Notes: generated by a model from the letters alone, not told the origin. Shown: positions 54,812 through 64,000, numbered from the stretch's first letter. The stretch is 64,000 nt of DNA from Candidatus Daviesbacteria bacterium (GCA_016184225.1 JACPDA010000004.1:6800-70799), one strand, 5' to 3'. Translations and numbers: made by a program.

Positions 54812-57067
54812 TTGCCTAAAAGTAGTATAATATTACGTTTGATGAAACAGATCCTTGTTACCATATTAATAATCGTCGCAGTTATTGCGCTAATCGTTAT
54901 CGCCTTTACTATCAACCAGGTCGGTCAAGAGGAACAAAGAATGAAGACCGATCTTCAATATCGTTCAACGCTTTTAGCCGAGAGCCTGAAAGAAACAGTT
55001 GAACCAAATTTTATTAATAAATCAGAAAATTACCTTCAAAATGTGGTAGAGAAGTTCACCGATAAAGAAAGGTTCGCGGGACTGGGAATTTATGATAATA
55101 AAACCAAAGTTATCGCCGTCTCATCTACCATTCCCGAGGCAACTTCTGCTGCGCAAGAGGTAGTTGCCAATGCTATGGATGCAGATAAAGCAAATGGGGA
55201 TTTTGCTAAATTTGGCAGTAGAAAGGTCTATCTTTTGGCAGTGCCTTTGCATGACGACAAGAGTGTGGTAGGCGCTTTGATGGTGGCACAAAACGCCGGA
55301 TATATTGATGATCGCCTAAACGAAATCTGGAAAAATAATCTGATAAGACTGCTTATCCAGGCATCTCTATTATCCTTTGCTACGATTCTCCTGATACGTT
55401 GGATTATTTATGAACCTATTCGAGGATTGGTTGAAACATTAAGATTGGCAAGAATGGGAAACGAGGGACAAAGCACCAAAGGCTTGACAAATTCTTTATT
55501 TTTCCGGCCTTTAGTTAAAGAAATTTCCAATATAAAAAGAAGCCTGATGGATGCCAGAATTTCTGCCAGTGAAGAAGCCAGGCTGAGACTGGAGAAACTA
55601 GATTCCCCATGGACAGCGGAAAGGTTAAAGGAATTCATCAAGGAAACCTTAAAAGGCAGGACTATTTTTATGGTATCCAACAGAGAGCCCTATATCCATA
55701 TTAAAAACAGAGGGAAAATTGAGTTTTATTTCCCGGCCAGTGGTCTGGCAACGGCAATTGAACCGGTGATGCGCTCTTGTGGAGGAGTCTGGATTGCCCA
55801 CGGCAGCGGTGATGCGGATCGGTTGGTGGTTGATAATAGTAATAAAATAAACGTGCCGCCGGATGAACCAAAATATACCCTCCGCCGTATCTGGTTAACC
55901 GAGGAGGAGGAAACAGGCTATTACTATGGATTTTCCAATGAAGGCTTGTGGCCTATTTGTCATATAGCTCATAACAGACCGACCTTCAGGAAAGAAGACT
56001 GGGAGAAATATGTCAGCGTCAATCAAAAGTTTGCCGATACTGTCCTTTCGGAAATAAAGAATCACGATAGGCCGATCGTTTTAATTCAAGATTTTCAGTT
56101 GGCTTTAGTCCCGAGAATGGTCAAAGCAGAGCACCCCGGGGCGGTAATTGGACTCTTTTGGCATATCCCCTGGCCCAATCCGGAGTCTTTCAGTATTTGT
56201 CCCTGGAAAAAAGAAATTTTGGAGGGGATGCTGGGCGCAGATTTAATCGGTTTCCAGACTCAACTTTACTGCAATAATTTTATAGAAACAGTCGGAAGAG
56301 AACTGGAGTCTTTGATAGACTTTGAACGGTTTGCAATCACCAAAGGTAGCCACACCTCTTATATAAAACCATTCCCAATCAGTATTGCTTTCCCCAATGG
56401 CTTCGATGAAACAGAAAACCAGGACGGAAAAGAGAAATTGTTGAAAAGTTTAGGGATCAAGACAAAATATATTGGGTTGGGAATTGACCGGCTCGATTAT
56501 ACAAAAGGGATACTGGAACGTCTCAAAGCCATAGAGATTTTCCTCAATAAATATCCCTCTTACCGCGAAAACTTCACATTTATCCAGATTGCTGCCCCGA
56601 GCCGGACCAAAATTCAAAAATATCGGGATTTTGCTATTGAAGTAGAAGAAGAAACAAACAGGATTAACTCCTTGTTGAAAACAAAAAGCTGGAAGCCAAT
56701 TGTGCTTTTGGGGAAACATCACAGCCATGAAGAAATTCAAAGGTTTTACAGATTAGCAGATTTTTGTCTGGTAACATCCTTACATGATGGAATGAACCTG
56801 GTAGCAAAAGAGTATGTTGCGTCAAGATCTGATGAAAAAGGGGTTTTAATCTTAAGCCAATATACCGGCGCCTCAAGAGAACTTAAAGATGCCCTGATTG
56901 TCAACCCATACAATGGAGAACAAACGGCAAATGCCATAAAAGAAGCACTCCAGATGACAACAAAGAAGCAAACAAAAAGGATGCATGATATGAGAGAAAT
57001 AATTAAAAATTATAATGTTTACCGCTGGTCGGCAGAACTTTTAAAAACTATAGCGGATTTAGGGTGA
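54812..57067 (+). CDS. otsA: trehalose-6-phosphate synthase (GT20) fused to an N-terminal membrane/sensor-like region of about 280 aa
   Basis: The GT20 core (ICHIAHNRPTF, IWLTEEEETGYYYGFSNEGLWP) is preceded by TM helices and a linker. Confidence 0.85.
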   Translation: MPKSSIILRLMKQILVTILIIVAVIALIVIAFTINQVGQEEQRMKTDLQYRSTLLAESLKETVEPNFINKSENYLQNVVEKFTDKERFAGLGIYDNKTKVIAVSSTIPEATSAAQEVVANAMDADKANGDFAKFGSRKVYLLAVPLHDDKSVVGALMVAQNAGYIDDRLNEIWKNNLIRLLIQASLLSFATILLIRWIIYEPIRGLVETLRLARMGNEGQSTKGLTNSLFFRPLVKEISNIKRSLMDARISASEEARLRLEKLDSPWTAERLKEFIKETLKGRTIFMVSNREPYIHIKNRGKIEFYFPASGLATAIEPVMRSCGGVWIAHGSGDADRLVVDNSNKINVPPDEPKYTLRRIWLTEEEETGYYYGFSNEGLWPICHIAHNRPTFRKEDWEKYVSVNQKFADTVLSEIKNHDRPIVLIQDFQLALVPRMVKAEHPGAVIGLFWHIPWPNPESFSICPWKKEILEGMLGADLIGFQTQLYCNNFIETVGRELESLIDFERFAITKGSHTSYIKPFPISIAFPNGFDETENQDGKEKLLKSLGIKTKYIGLGIDRLDYTKGILERLKAIEIFLNKYPSYRENFTFIQIAAPSRTKIQKYRDFAIEVEEETNRINSLLKTKSWKPIVLLGKHHSHEEIQRFYRLADFCLVTSLHDGMNLVAKEYVASRSDEKGVLILSQYTGASRELKDALIVNPYNGEQTANAIKEALQMTTKKQTKRMHDMREIIKNYNVYRWSAELLKTIADLG

Positions 57068-57070
57068 AAT

Positions 57071-57859
57071 ATGAATTTATGGAAAAATTTAGACAAAATA
57101 ACTGCCCAATTAAAAAACAGCCCTGCAAAAGTTTTAATGCTGGATTTTGATGGCACTTTAACTCCGATTGTTAAATCTCCAAAAGAAGCTAAGCTGTCTT
57201 ATGAAATGAAAAATTTATTAATAAAGCTTAGTAAAAAAGAGGGGCTTTATTTGGCAATTATCAGTGGTAGAAAACTGGCAGACTTAAAAAAGAAGGTTAA
57301 CCTGCAAAACATAATTTATGGCGGCAGTCACGGGCTAGAAGGAGAAATCTTTGGTCAAAAGCAATCCTTCCCCATCCCGAATAAAACATTAGTAATTTTA
57401 AGAAATATCCGGGAACAACTTAATAAACTAGCCGGACAAATAACAGGAGTATTTATTGAGGATAAAGGGTCGGTTTTAAGTTTTCATTACAGATTGGTAG
57501 ATAAACAACAAATACCAGAACTCAGATTGTTATTTAAGGAAATATTGCAGCCTTATGTTGAGGATGGATCCATCTCTTCAGTTGCAGGTAAGATGGTGTT
57601 TACCATCCACCCTAAAGTCAATTGGAATAAAGGTAGCTTTGCGAAGATGGTAGTTGAGAAAATACCCACAAATTCAAAAACAGTACCGACTGCTGTTTTT
57701 ATCGGCGACGACACAACCGATGAAGATGTTTTCCAAGTACTTAAAAAAAGTATTACTATAAAAGTGGGCGCAAGTAACCAATCAAGCGCCAAGTATCGTT
57801 TGAAAGACACGAAAGACGTTTTTAGTTTTCTTGAGTGGATGAATACAACTTTGGTATAG
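57071..57859 (+). CDS. otsB: trehalose-6-phosphate phosphatase (HAD family)
   Basis: HAD motif I LMLDFDGTLTP and motif III GDDTTDED. Confidence 0.85.
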   Translation: MNLWKNLDKITAQLKNSPAKVLMLDFDGTLTPIVKSPKEAKLSYEMKNLLIKLSKKEGLYLAIISGRKLADLKKKVNLQNIIYGGSHGLEGEIFGQKQSFPIPNKTLVILRNIREQLNKLAGQITGVFIEDKGSVLSFHYRLVDKQQIPELRLLFKEILQPYVEDGSISSVAGKMVFTIHPKVNWNKGSFAKMVVEKIPTNSKTVPTAVFIGDDTTDEDVFQVLKKSITIKVGASNQSSAKYRLKDTKDVFSFLEWMNTTLV

Positions 57860-57871
57860 TATTCCTAAGTT

Positions 57872-59068
57872 ATGACTGACATAAAACAGAAATGTCTTCG
57901 GATCCTTTTGAATAACCGGCGAAAAATTAAGGATTTCCAATATACGGTCCCTTCTCATGATTCTTATCCTTATCAATGGCTTTGGGATTCATGTTTCCAC
58001 GCCATAACTTTGACTCATTTTAATATCGCTGATGCCAAAAAAGAAATTCTCTCCCTTCTCTCTAAACAATTTGATAATGGTTTGATACCCCATATGATCT
58101 ATTGGGATAAAACCAGACCGACAAATTTTCCGATAATTAAGTGGGGTAAGGAAGATACCAGCAGCATCACCCAGCCGCCAATGATAGCTTACGCAGTCTG
58201 GACAATTTATCAAAAAGATCAGAATAAATCTTTTGTAAAAAAAGTATATCCAAGCCTTTACCATTTCTATAGATACTTACTGACTGAGCGCGATCCTCAT
58301 GAAAACCATCTAGTTGGTATTATGAACCCTGATGAGTCAGGTGAAGATAACTCCCCCAGGTTCGATCTGCCTTTGGATCTACCGCCGGTGCAGAATCTAA
58401 AAGAGAATACCAAAAAAAGACTCAAATTAGTTGCTCAAAATGTAGAGTGTAAATTTGACGCGCCTTTTTGCATGAGAAATTTCTTCTGGGTGAAAGATGT
58501 GCCGTTTAATGCGATTATGGTGACAAATTTAAGGCTTTTGGCAAAGCTTGCTGAAAAACTGGGCAGCGATGAAGATGCTGCTTATTTTACAAAAGAGGCA
58601 GATGCTATATCTTTTGCCATGAGGCGGTTAATGCTGGGTGGCGGCATCTTTTACTCGACTTATGGTGAGGCCTATGAAAAAATCAAAGTCAAAACCTGGG
58701 CCATATTTACCCCACTCTTTGCTAAAATTTTAAGCCAGAAAGAAGCAGAAAAGTTAGTATCAAACCATTTACTCAATAAAAACGAATTTTGGACAAAGTT
58801 CCCGGTTCCCGCCACTTCTTTGGATGAACCCTCTTTTGATCCCTCCGGCTTTTGGAGAGGACCTACCTGGATAGGGGTGAACTGGTTTATCTACAAAGGC
58901 TTACTAAATTACGGCTTTTCCGATATTGCCAAGCAGATCAAAAAATCTTCTCTTGAACTCTTGCAAAAATCCGGTTTCCGGGAATACTTTGATCCTTTTA
59001 CAGGAGAAGGTCGGGGCGCTCATAATTTTACTTGGGGCTGTTTGGTTGTAGATCTTGACGCCCCCTGA
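57872..59068 (+). CDS. six-hairpin glycosidase family protein (GH63/GH37-like; possible trehalase)
   Basis: YPYQWLWDSCFHA motif. It lies immediately after otsAB. Confidence 0.55.
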   Translation: MTDIKQKCLRILLNNRRKIKDFQYTVPSHDSYPYQWLWDSCFHAITLTHFNIADAKKEILSLLSKQFDNGLIPHMIYWDKTRPTNFPIIKWGKEDTSSITQPPMIAYAVWTIYQKDQNKSFVKKVYPSLYHFYRYLLTERDPHENHLVGIMNPDESGEDNSPRFDLPLDLPPVQNLKENTKKRLKLVAQNVECKFDAPFCMRNFFWVKDVPFNAIMVTNLRLLAKLAEKLGSDEDAAYFTKEADAISFAMRRLMLGGGIFYSTYGEAYEKIKVKTWAIFTPLFAKILSQKEAEKLVSNHLLNKNEFWTKFPVPATSLDEPSFDPSGFWRGPTWIGVNWFIYKGLLNYGFSDIAKQIKKSSLELLQKSGFREYFDPFTGEGRGAHNFTWGCLVVDLDAP

Positions 59069-59094
59069 CAAACGGTTTACTCTTAAGCTAAGTT

Positions 59095-60471
59095 ATGCTT
59101 TCTACTGATAAATTTTTAGAAAAAGTGGCTGGTGCTCCGGCAGAGGTCTTGGATAAAACCATTGATACCTCAAAAAAAATTACTAAAGTGTTTATTTCCC
59201 GAAAACAACTAGGCCAAGCTAGAGACTATTGGAAATCTTTAGGTCCGGGGCTGACCACCGGGGCGGCTGATGATGACCCCTCCGGCATTACCACTTATTC
59301 TCAAGCCGGAGCAGCTTATGGCTTTAATTTTTTATGGCTGGCCGGCTTTACTTTTCCTTTAATGTCAGTGGTGCAGGAAATGTGTGCCCGCATTGGCCTG
59401 GTGACCGGCCGAGGCCTGGCAGCCAATATCAGGCAATACTATCCTAAATGGGTTTTATACATTGCCACATTGCTTTTATTTTCTGCCAATACATTAAACA
59501 TCGGCGCAGATTTAGGCGCCATGGCCAAAGCTACCCAACTGCTCTTTCCGGATGTCCGGTTTACAACATTAATCTTAGGCTTTACCATGATTACTTTAGC
59601 TCTCCAAATATTCACCACTTATGAAAAGTATGCCAAATACTTAAAGTGGCTAGCCTTAGTACTTTTGTCATATGTTTTCTCCGCCCTAACTATTGACATA
59701 AACTGGAACGAGGTAATACAAAAAGCAGTTATACCGACTATTGTTTTTTCCAAAGACCAAATCTTTTTAATTACGGCAGTACTGGGTACCACCATCTCTC
59801 CTTACTTATTCTTCTGGCAAACCTCACAAGAGGTGGAGGAACAAATCCTAGAAGGCAAAACCACCTTAAAACTTCGCCGGGAAGAAACTACTCCAGGGGA
59901 AGTTAAAAATATGAGAATGGATGTTTGGTCAGGAATGTTTTTATCGAACTTGGTAATGTTTTTTATCATAGCTGCTGCTGCAGCTACACTTTTTGCTCAT
60001 GGCATTACCAATATCACCACAGCTGCCGAGGCTGCAGAGGCGCTGCGGCCAATTGCCGGAGAACGGGCGTACCTGCTTTTTGCATTAGGCATTATCGGAA
60101 CAGGTATGCTGGCAGTGCCTATTTTGGCAGGATCGGCTTCCTATGCCCTCTCCGAAAGTTTTGGCTGGAAATTTGGGCTGTATAGAAGACTCCGGGAAGC
60201 AAATGCTTTTTATGGAATCATCATCATTTCCACAGGCATAGGACTGGTTATTAACCTCCTAGGGTTTGATTCTATTAAAGTATTAATTTATTCTGCTGTT
60301 TTTAACGGTTTAATAGCTCCGGTGGTATTGGTGCTGATAGTTCTAATGAGCACAAATGCTAAAATTATGGGCAGATGGGTTAACGGTAAAATCACCACCT
60401 TTTTTGGGTGGTTCATTGTAGCTTTAATGACCCTGGCAGGATTGGCCACCATCATCTCTTTGGTTATGTAA
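59095..60471 (+). CDS. mntH: NRAMP family divalent metal transporter
   Basis: GPGLTTGAADDDPSGITTYSQAGA (DPGN-type motif) and 11 TM helices. Confidence 0.85.
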   Translation: MLSTDKFLEKVAGAPAEVLDKTIDTSKKITKVFISRKQLGQARDYWKSLGPGLTTGAADDDPSGITTYSQAGAAYGFNFLWLAGFTFPLMSVVQEMCARIGLVTGRGLAANIRQYYPKWVLYIATLLLFSANTLNIGADLGAMAKATQLLFPDVRFTTLILGFTMITLALQIFTTYEKYAKYLKWLALVLLSYVFSALTIDINWNEVIQKAVIPTIVFSKDQIFLITAVLGTTISPYLFFWQTSQEVEEQILEGKTTLKLRREETTPGEVKNMRMDVWSGMFLSNLVMFFIIAAAAATLFAHGITNITTAAEAAEALRPIAGERAYLLFALGIIGTGMLAVPILAGSASYALSESFGWKFGLYRRLREANAFYGIIIISTGIGLVINLLGFDSIKVLIYSAVFNGLIAPVVLVLIVLMSTNAKIMGRWVNGKITTFFGWFIVALMTLAGLATIISLVM

Positions 60472-60476
60472 CTTAA

Positions 60477-60752
60477 CTACCTTTTCCTGTAAACCTCATC
60501 ATGAGTGCCTATTTTGTAGAAAAAATATTCCTCATCAGTTTCTATGTAAATTATCCTAAAGCTTTTAGTTATGGACATACTCCAGGAATTTTTAATCTCT
60601 CTTGTTATTTTATGAAGTCTTAAGGATTTAAGTTTAGGATTTTGCTGAAACAACTCTAATTGCTTTAGTATTCTTTTATAAAGTTGATTATCCTTCTTTT
60701 GGATTTCATTTAGCTTTCTAAGAACATCTGTACTGAATTTTAGAGATTTCAC
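60477..60752 (-). CDS. RelE/ParE-family toxin-like protein
   Basis: Size, basic C-terminus and operon overlap with an upstream small partner. Confidence 0.55.
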   Translation of the reverse strand: MKSLKFSTDVLRKLNEIQKKDNQLYKRILKQLELFQQNPKLKSLRLHKITREIKNSWSMSITKSFRIIYIETDEEYFFYKIGTHDEVYRKR

Positions 60753-61012
60753 AAATTCTTTAGATATTTATCTAATTCCTCTATATTATTGAATGTGACT
60801 GCTTTGTCTTTATTCTTTAAGGCTCTTTTGTATGCTTTAATAGTAGCGTCAGAGGCTTCAAATTCCGGATATTCCATGTTTTCCACATCTCTAACAATCA
60901 GATGTCTGACATAAGTAGCAAGGGGCAGGCCAAATCTCTGGGCTCTGCTTTCCAGGAAATCTTTTAGAGCTAACGGTAAGTTTATTTTTATCTGAGATTG
61001 TTGAGTAATCAT
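60749..61012 (-). CDS. antitoxin-like partner (RHH/ParD-type)
   Basis: N-terminal NLPLALKDFLESRAQRFGLPLATYVRHLI. It overlaps the toxin start. Confidence 0.5.
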   Translation of the reverse strand: MITQQSQIKINLPLALKDFLESRAQRFGLPLATYVRHLIVRDVENMEYPEFEASDATIKAYKRALKNKDKAVTFNNIEELDKYLKNL

Positions 61013-61245
61013 AAAATGATGATATCACCAATTTCAGGACTTTTCAAGGACTAAAATAAGTGGTATTATTCAGGAATGAAAACGCAGTGCCCATCATGTA
61101 GACAATATAAAGAATCCACCAAACCCAGATTCGCAGGGAAAGAATATATGAGAAATCCGGAATCTAATACTCCACAGCTTACCACTAAAACATTTATCCT
61201 CTGTGATGATTGTGCAAAAAAGCTTGGATTGGGTCTAAAATAATT

Positions 61246-61577
61246 TGGTTGCGGGGGGGAGAGTTGAACTCCCTGCCTCAAGATTATGCTCTCCTGAAAG
61301 AGTAGACTATACCATCATCCCTTTAAACGGATGTCCAGCGTATAATTTCAGTTTAGATTCCAGAATATCTGGTACCTGAAATATAAGCAAAGCTTGATAG
61401 CTTCGCTATTAAGTCGTTACAGGGTACATTTATGTAAACTAAACGTACTTCCCACGGTATTACCATTTAATTGATCTTTTTCTAAAGGTTTCACCGTTAT
61501 GAGCTGGATTCTCTCCGATAATTACTCATCGGAGGGCCCAAATTGAGCCTTGTGTGCAGCCGTTACACTTCCCCGCA
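61246..61577 (-). ncRNA. ssrA: tmRNA (ssrA) candidate: an RNA of about 330 nt with a tRNA-like 5' acceptor and a 3' T-arm plus ACCA
   Basis: In minus-strand sense the 3' end is GGGAG-UUCAACU-CUCCC + CCCCGCA + A + CCA, which is a T-arm, an acceptor 3' strand and an encoded CCA. The complementary UGCGGGG lies exactly 332 nt upstream. A CUCAA/UUGAG helix sits in the H2a position. The region is a 590-bp ORF-poor spacer. I could not identify a tag ORF with confidence. Confidence 0.4.
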
Positions 61578-61604
61578 GGCATATTATAGCATAGAATATG
61601 TTGT

Positions 61605-61847
61605 ATGTGGTTTCTCTATATTCTCCTTTGTAAAGATGGAAGTCTTTATACTGGAATATCAAACAACGTAGAAAAAAGATTTTCCGAGCACAAAAATGGC
61701 AAAGGAGGAAGATACACCAGGTCACATAAACCTATTAGGTTAGTTTACCAAGAACAATTGCGAAACCATACAGAAGCTTTAAGAAGAGAATGTGAAATTA
61801 AAAGTTGGACCAGGGCAAAGAAGATTAAAGTTCTAGAGTTTGACTAG
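61605..61847 (+). CDS. GIY-YIG nuclease superfamily protein (UPF0213-like)
   Basis: FLYILLCKDGSLYTGISNNVEKRFSEH contains the GIY...YIG pattern, with conserved Arg and Glu downstream. Confidence 0.8.
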   Translation: MWFLYILLCKDGSLYTGISNNVEKRFSEHKNGKGGRYTRSHKPIRLVYQEQLRNHTEALRRECEIKSWTRAKKIKVLEFD

Positions 61848-61874
61848 TAAATAGAACGTGTTAAAATAACAGCC

Positions 61875-62210
61875 ATGTCTAAAGAGAAAGATGCAACGAA
61901 TAATGAACCAACGCTGGAGCAGCTTAAGTCAGCGTCCCCTGCAGATCTAATACGATCCTTAGCCATAAGACTCTTACAGCCTGAAGAGCAGCCTGGAGAG
62001 CAAATAAGAGTAATTGACCCACTAGCCAAACACGGCGATATCTCTCTTGTAGTGGAACTCGGAAAAAGAGTAGATTACTTCACTCCTCAAGATGTAGAAG
62101 CGGCTTCCGCAATACTTGCTACCATTAATTGGGAAAGCCTACCTCCCCAGGGATATCTCCCTGAAGCAGCTAGATGGTTAAACAAAGAGATTGCACTCAT
62201 CCTCACTTAA
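61875..62210 (+). CDS. hypothetical protein
   Basis: ORF only. Confidence 0.35.
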   Translation: MSKEKDATNNEPTLEQLKSASPADLIRSLAIRLLQPEEQPGEQIRVIDPLAKHGDISLVVELGKRVDYFTPQDVEAASAILATINWESLPPQGYLPEAARWLNKEIALILT

Positions 62211-62556
62211 AAAAGACCTTCCACCAACCTAGCCAGTTTGGATATCTGATTTGGGCCGGGGAGCTGGCTCCCAGAACCAGCTTTAACTTTTCCTCCGGAA
62301 TAATAACCACTGTCTCCCCTGGCTTGGCAAATCCCAACCTATTTCTGATTTCTTCTTCCAAAAACTCCGGTGATTGAATCCGGGCCAGCTTCTCCTTTAA
62401 AGACCTATTGCGAACTTCCAATTGATATACCACATCTGCGGATTGAGACAGCCTCTCTCCGGATTTAATTGCCTCAAAAATTTGCCTAATCAAATTATAG
62501 GCGATTATTAAAATCACCAAGACAATAAACCCTAAAGCGATTTTTTTAAGCATTTT
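62203..62556 (-). CDS. septum-formation-initiator-like (FtsB/FtsL/DivIC) protein
   Basis: A single TM helix followed by a coiled coil. The start is probably MLKKIALGF. Confidence 0.5.
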   Translation of the reverse strand, partial: KMLKKIALGFIVLVILIIAYNLIRQIFEAIKSGERLSQSADVVYQLEVRNRSLKEKLARIQSPEFLEEEIRNRLGFAKPGETVVIIPEEKLKLVLGASSPAQIRYPNWLGWWKVFFK

Positions 62557-62562
62557 ACCCCC

Positions 62563-63462
62563 TTGACAAATATGACCTATAACATTAAGATACACACTAT
62601 GATTACTTTACGCGATGCACACCAGCAATTTATAGGTCACCTAAAAAACAAATCCAGAGCTTCTGCTACTATCTTAGCCTATGGCAAAGACATTGAGCAA
62701 CTGGTTAATTTTCTGCGAGACCAGGGTAAAACTGACCCTATTACAGTGGAAACTGTTGATCTTTCTGCCTTCATGCAAAAACTGGCAGATGAACATTATA
62801 CCCCGAAATCAATATCGCGAAAAACCAACTCCACCAAAACCTTTTTTAAATTCTTAAAAACTTCCAATTTGATCACTAATGATTCAGCTACCGGCTTGGA
62901 CCATCCTAAATTCGAAAATAAACCACCCAGGATTTTAACCAAACTGGAATACAGAAGCTTGCGGGATGCCTCCAGAGGAGATCTCCGAATGTCTGCTGTC
63001 ATAGAAATACTCCTTCAAACCGGAATTAGGATTGGTGAATTGGCCAAGCTTCGTGTAGAAGATATCAACCTGGAAAATCTCACCCTGCATGTTCCCCTAT
63101 TTGAAGATACTAGGGAAAGAATAATCCCTTTAAATAAACCTGCAGCTGAAGCCGTTAAAAATTACCTTCCCCATCGGGCTAAAACAGCTAACCATGCCTT
63201 GTTTGTGACCAAAACCGGCCGCCCACTCCTCATTAGGAATATCAGAACTGCTATTGATAGATACTTTAGGGTAGCAGGGATTAAAGATGCCAAGTTGAAT
63301 GATTTAAGGCATACTTGGGTGGCTTTTCAGCTGCAAGCCGGAGTACCTATGACTATGGTGTCCAAGTTAGCCGGTCACAAAAGGCTTTCCACCACTGAAA
63401 AATACCTGCAATTTATCACCGGCCAAAACGGTGAAACTAAAGTCAAATTAGAAGAGCTGTAA
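62563..63462 (+). CDS. tyrosine site-specific recombinase (XerC/XerD-like)
   Basis: Core-binding N-domain and catalytic R...HxxR...Y residues (LRHTWVAFQL..., GHKRLSTTEKYL). Confidence 0.8.
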   Translation: MTNMTYNIKIHTMITLRDAHQQFIGHLKNKSRASATILAYGKDIEQLVNFLRDQGKTDPITVETVDLSAFMQKLADEHYTPKSISRKTNSTKTFFKFLKTSNLITNDSATGLDHPKFENKPPRILTKLEYRSLRDASRGDLRMSAVIEILLQTGIRIGELAKLRVEDINLENLTLHVPLFEDTRERIIPLNKPAAEAVKNYLPHRAKTANHALFVTKTGRPLLIRNIRTAIDRYFRVAGIKDAKLNDLRHTWVAFQLQAGVPMTMVSKLAGHKRLSTTEKYLQFITGQNGETKVKLEEL

Positions 63463-63463
63463 T

Positions 63464-63820
63464 ATGCCAGAAAAAGCAAGAGTTTTTGCCGCAGAAGATG
63501 ACCCAGATTACCTTGATACTATGAAGATAGAGCTAGGGATAAAAGGTCACACTTTGGCTCTAACGGCCACCACATTAGAAGAGGCTCTTAAAGCTATCGA
63601 AACTTTTCCCACAGCGGGAATACAAATTGCTGCACTTGATGGTAATCTCAAAAGGGGTGTTAAGTCTGGATCTGATGGTCGTCAAATGGTAGCTGCAATA
63701 AGAAACATTTCTCCCAGTGTAAAAATAATCGGAATGTCTGGAGAATCGATGGAGGGTGTTGATATCGACTTGGGGAAAGACAGGATTTACGAACTTGGAA
63801 AAGTAGTTACAGAATTATAA
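63464..63820 (+). CDS. receiver-domain-like protein (CheY-like, atypical)
   Basis: Acidic pocket residues AEDD near the N-terminus and a candidate phospho-acceptor Asp in IAALDGNL. Confidence 0.4.
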   Translation: MPEKARVFAAEDDPDYLDTMKIELGIKGHTLALTATTLEEALKAIETFPTAGIQIAALDGNLKRGVKSGSDGRQMVAAIRNISPSVKIIGMSGESMEGVDIDLGKDRIYELGKVVTEL

Positions 63821-63936
63821 TGATGGTGGGCGGACCAGGTTTTTGGTAGGCCCGGAAGGAAAATACACCCAATTTCTCGCATTTGCTCGAAATTGCCGAA
63901 CCCTCGTGAATTGTGTAAACACGCCCAATCAAAATT

Positions 63937-64000
63937 TGGTGGAACTGCCTGGATTCGAACCAGGAACCAAATGTGTATAAGACATTTGCTCTACCGTTGA
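63937..64000 (-). tRNA. tRNA with anticodon UAU (Ile-type); 5' part lies outside the window; CCA encoded
   Basis: Minus sense reads ...AATGT-CTTATAC-ACATT, then TGGTT, then CCTGG-TTCGAAT-CCAGG, then CAGTTCC-A-CCA. The anticodon loop carries T33-TAT-A37. Confidence 0.6.

Noticed and set aside
61246-61330. An ordinary 75-nt tRNA at the 3' part of the tmRNA-like region
   Set aside because: The T-arm, the acceptor 3' strand and CCA are present. No complementary 5' acceptor strand or D-arm exists within 100 nt. The matching 5' strand is 332 nt away.
62563-63462. Tyrosine recombinase as the integrase of a prophage or integrative element
   Set aside because: It sits between a septation gene and a receiver-domain gene with no phage structural genes, no att-like repeats I could see, and Xer-like features. 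It is more likely the chromosomal XerC/D-type dimer resolvase, though it could also serve the 3'-end-targeted cassettes noted above.

Overview
This 64-kb window looks like a compact bacterial genome fragment of the CPR/Patescibacteria type. Its genes are small, mostly on the minus strand and tightly packed, with a mix of core metabolism and repair functions.

Genes I can support:
- Pyruvate formate-lyase and its activase (pflB-pflA), next to a small Fe-S protein.
- Threonine catabolism (tdh-kbl).
- A pyrimidine block (pyrC, an unknown ORF, pyrB, carA, carB).
- Class I aldolase plus class II fructose-1,6-bisphosphatase.
- Trehalose synthesis (otsA, otsB) followed by a glycosidase.
- DNA transactions: ATP-dependent ligase, PolA, RecF, Fpg, and a PHP-domain EndoQ-like protein.
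- FtsH and TrpS.
- Transporters: ZIP, NRAMP, MFS and an ABC pair.
- Cell-envelope glycosyltransferases and a glycoside hydrolase.
- Regulatory proteins: GGDEF, Fic, a PaaX-like regulator, a receiver-like domain and a tyrosine recombinase.
- Four toxin-antitoxin pairs.
- Two tRNAs (Met-CAU and a partial Ile-UAU) and a tmRNA-like RNA with tRNA-like ends.

The most unusual signal is not a gene. Several families of short repeats sit in frame inside essential genes as well as in spacers. The families are MITE-like hairpins with TGTCATTCTGG / CCAGAATGACA ends, heptamer tandem repeats (TTTGCAC and GTTACAG types), a CCGCCAGCTGGCGG palindrome that encodes PPAGG, and longer shared modules.

Two cassettes, pflBA and a DUF4258/zinc-finger TA pair, are each flanked by direct duplications of the 3' end of an adjacent host gene. 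This looks like a recurrent insertion mechanism targeting gene 3' ends.

An uncharacterised two-gene module at 38308-39641 and several unassigned proteins are candidates for something new.

No transposase, CRISPR array or prophage was seen. Every functional call rests on motifs I recognised by eye, not on a search.
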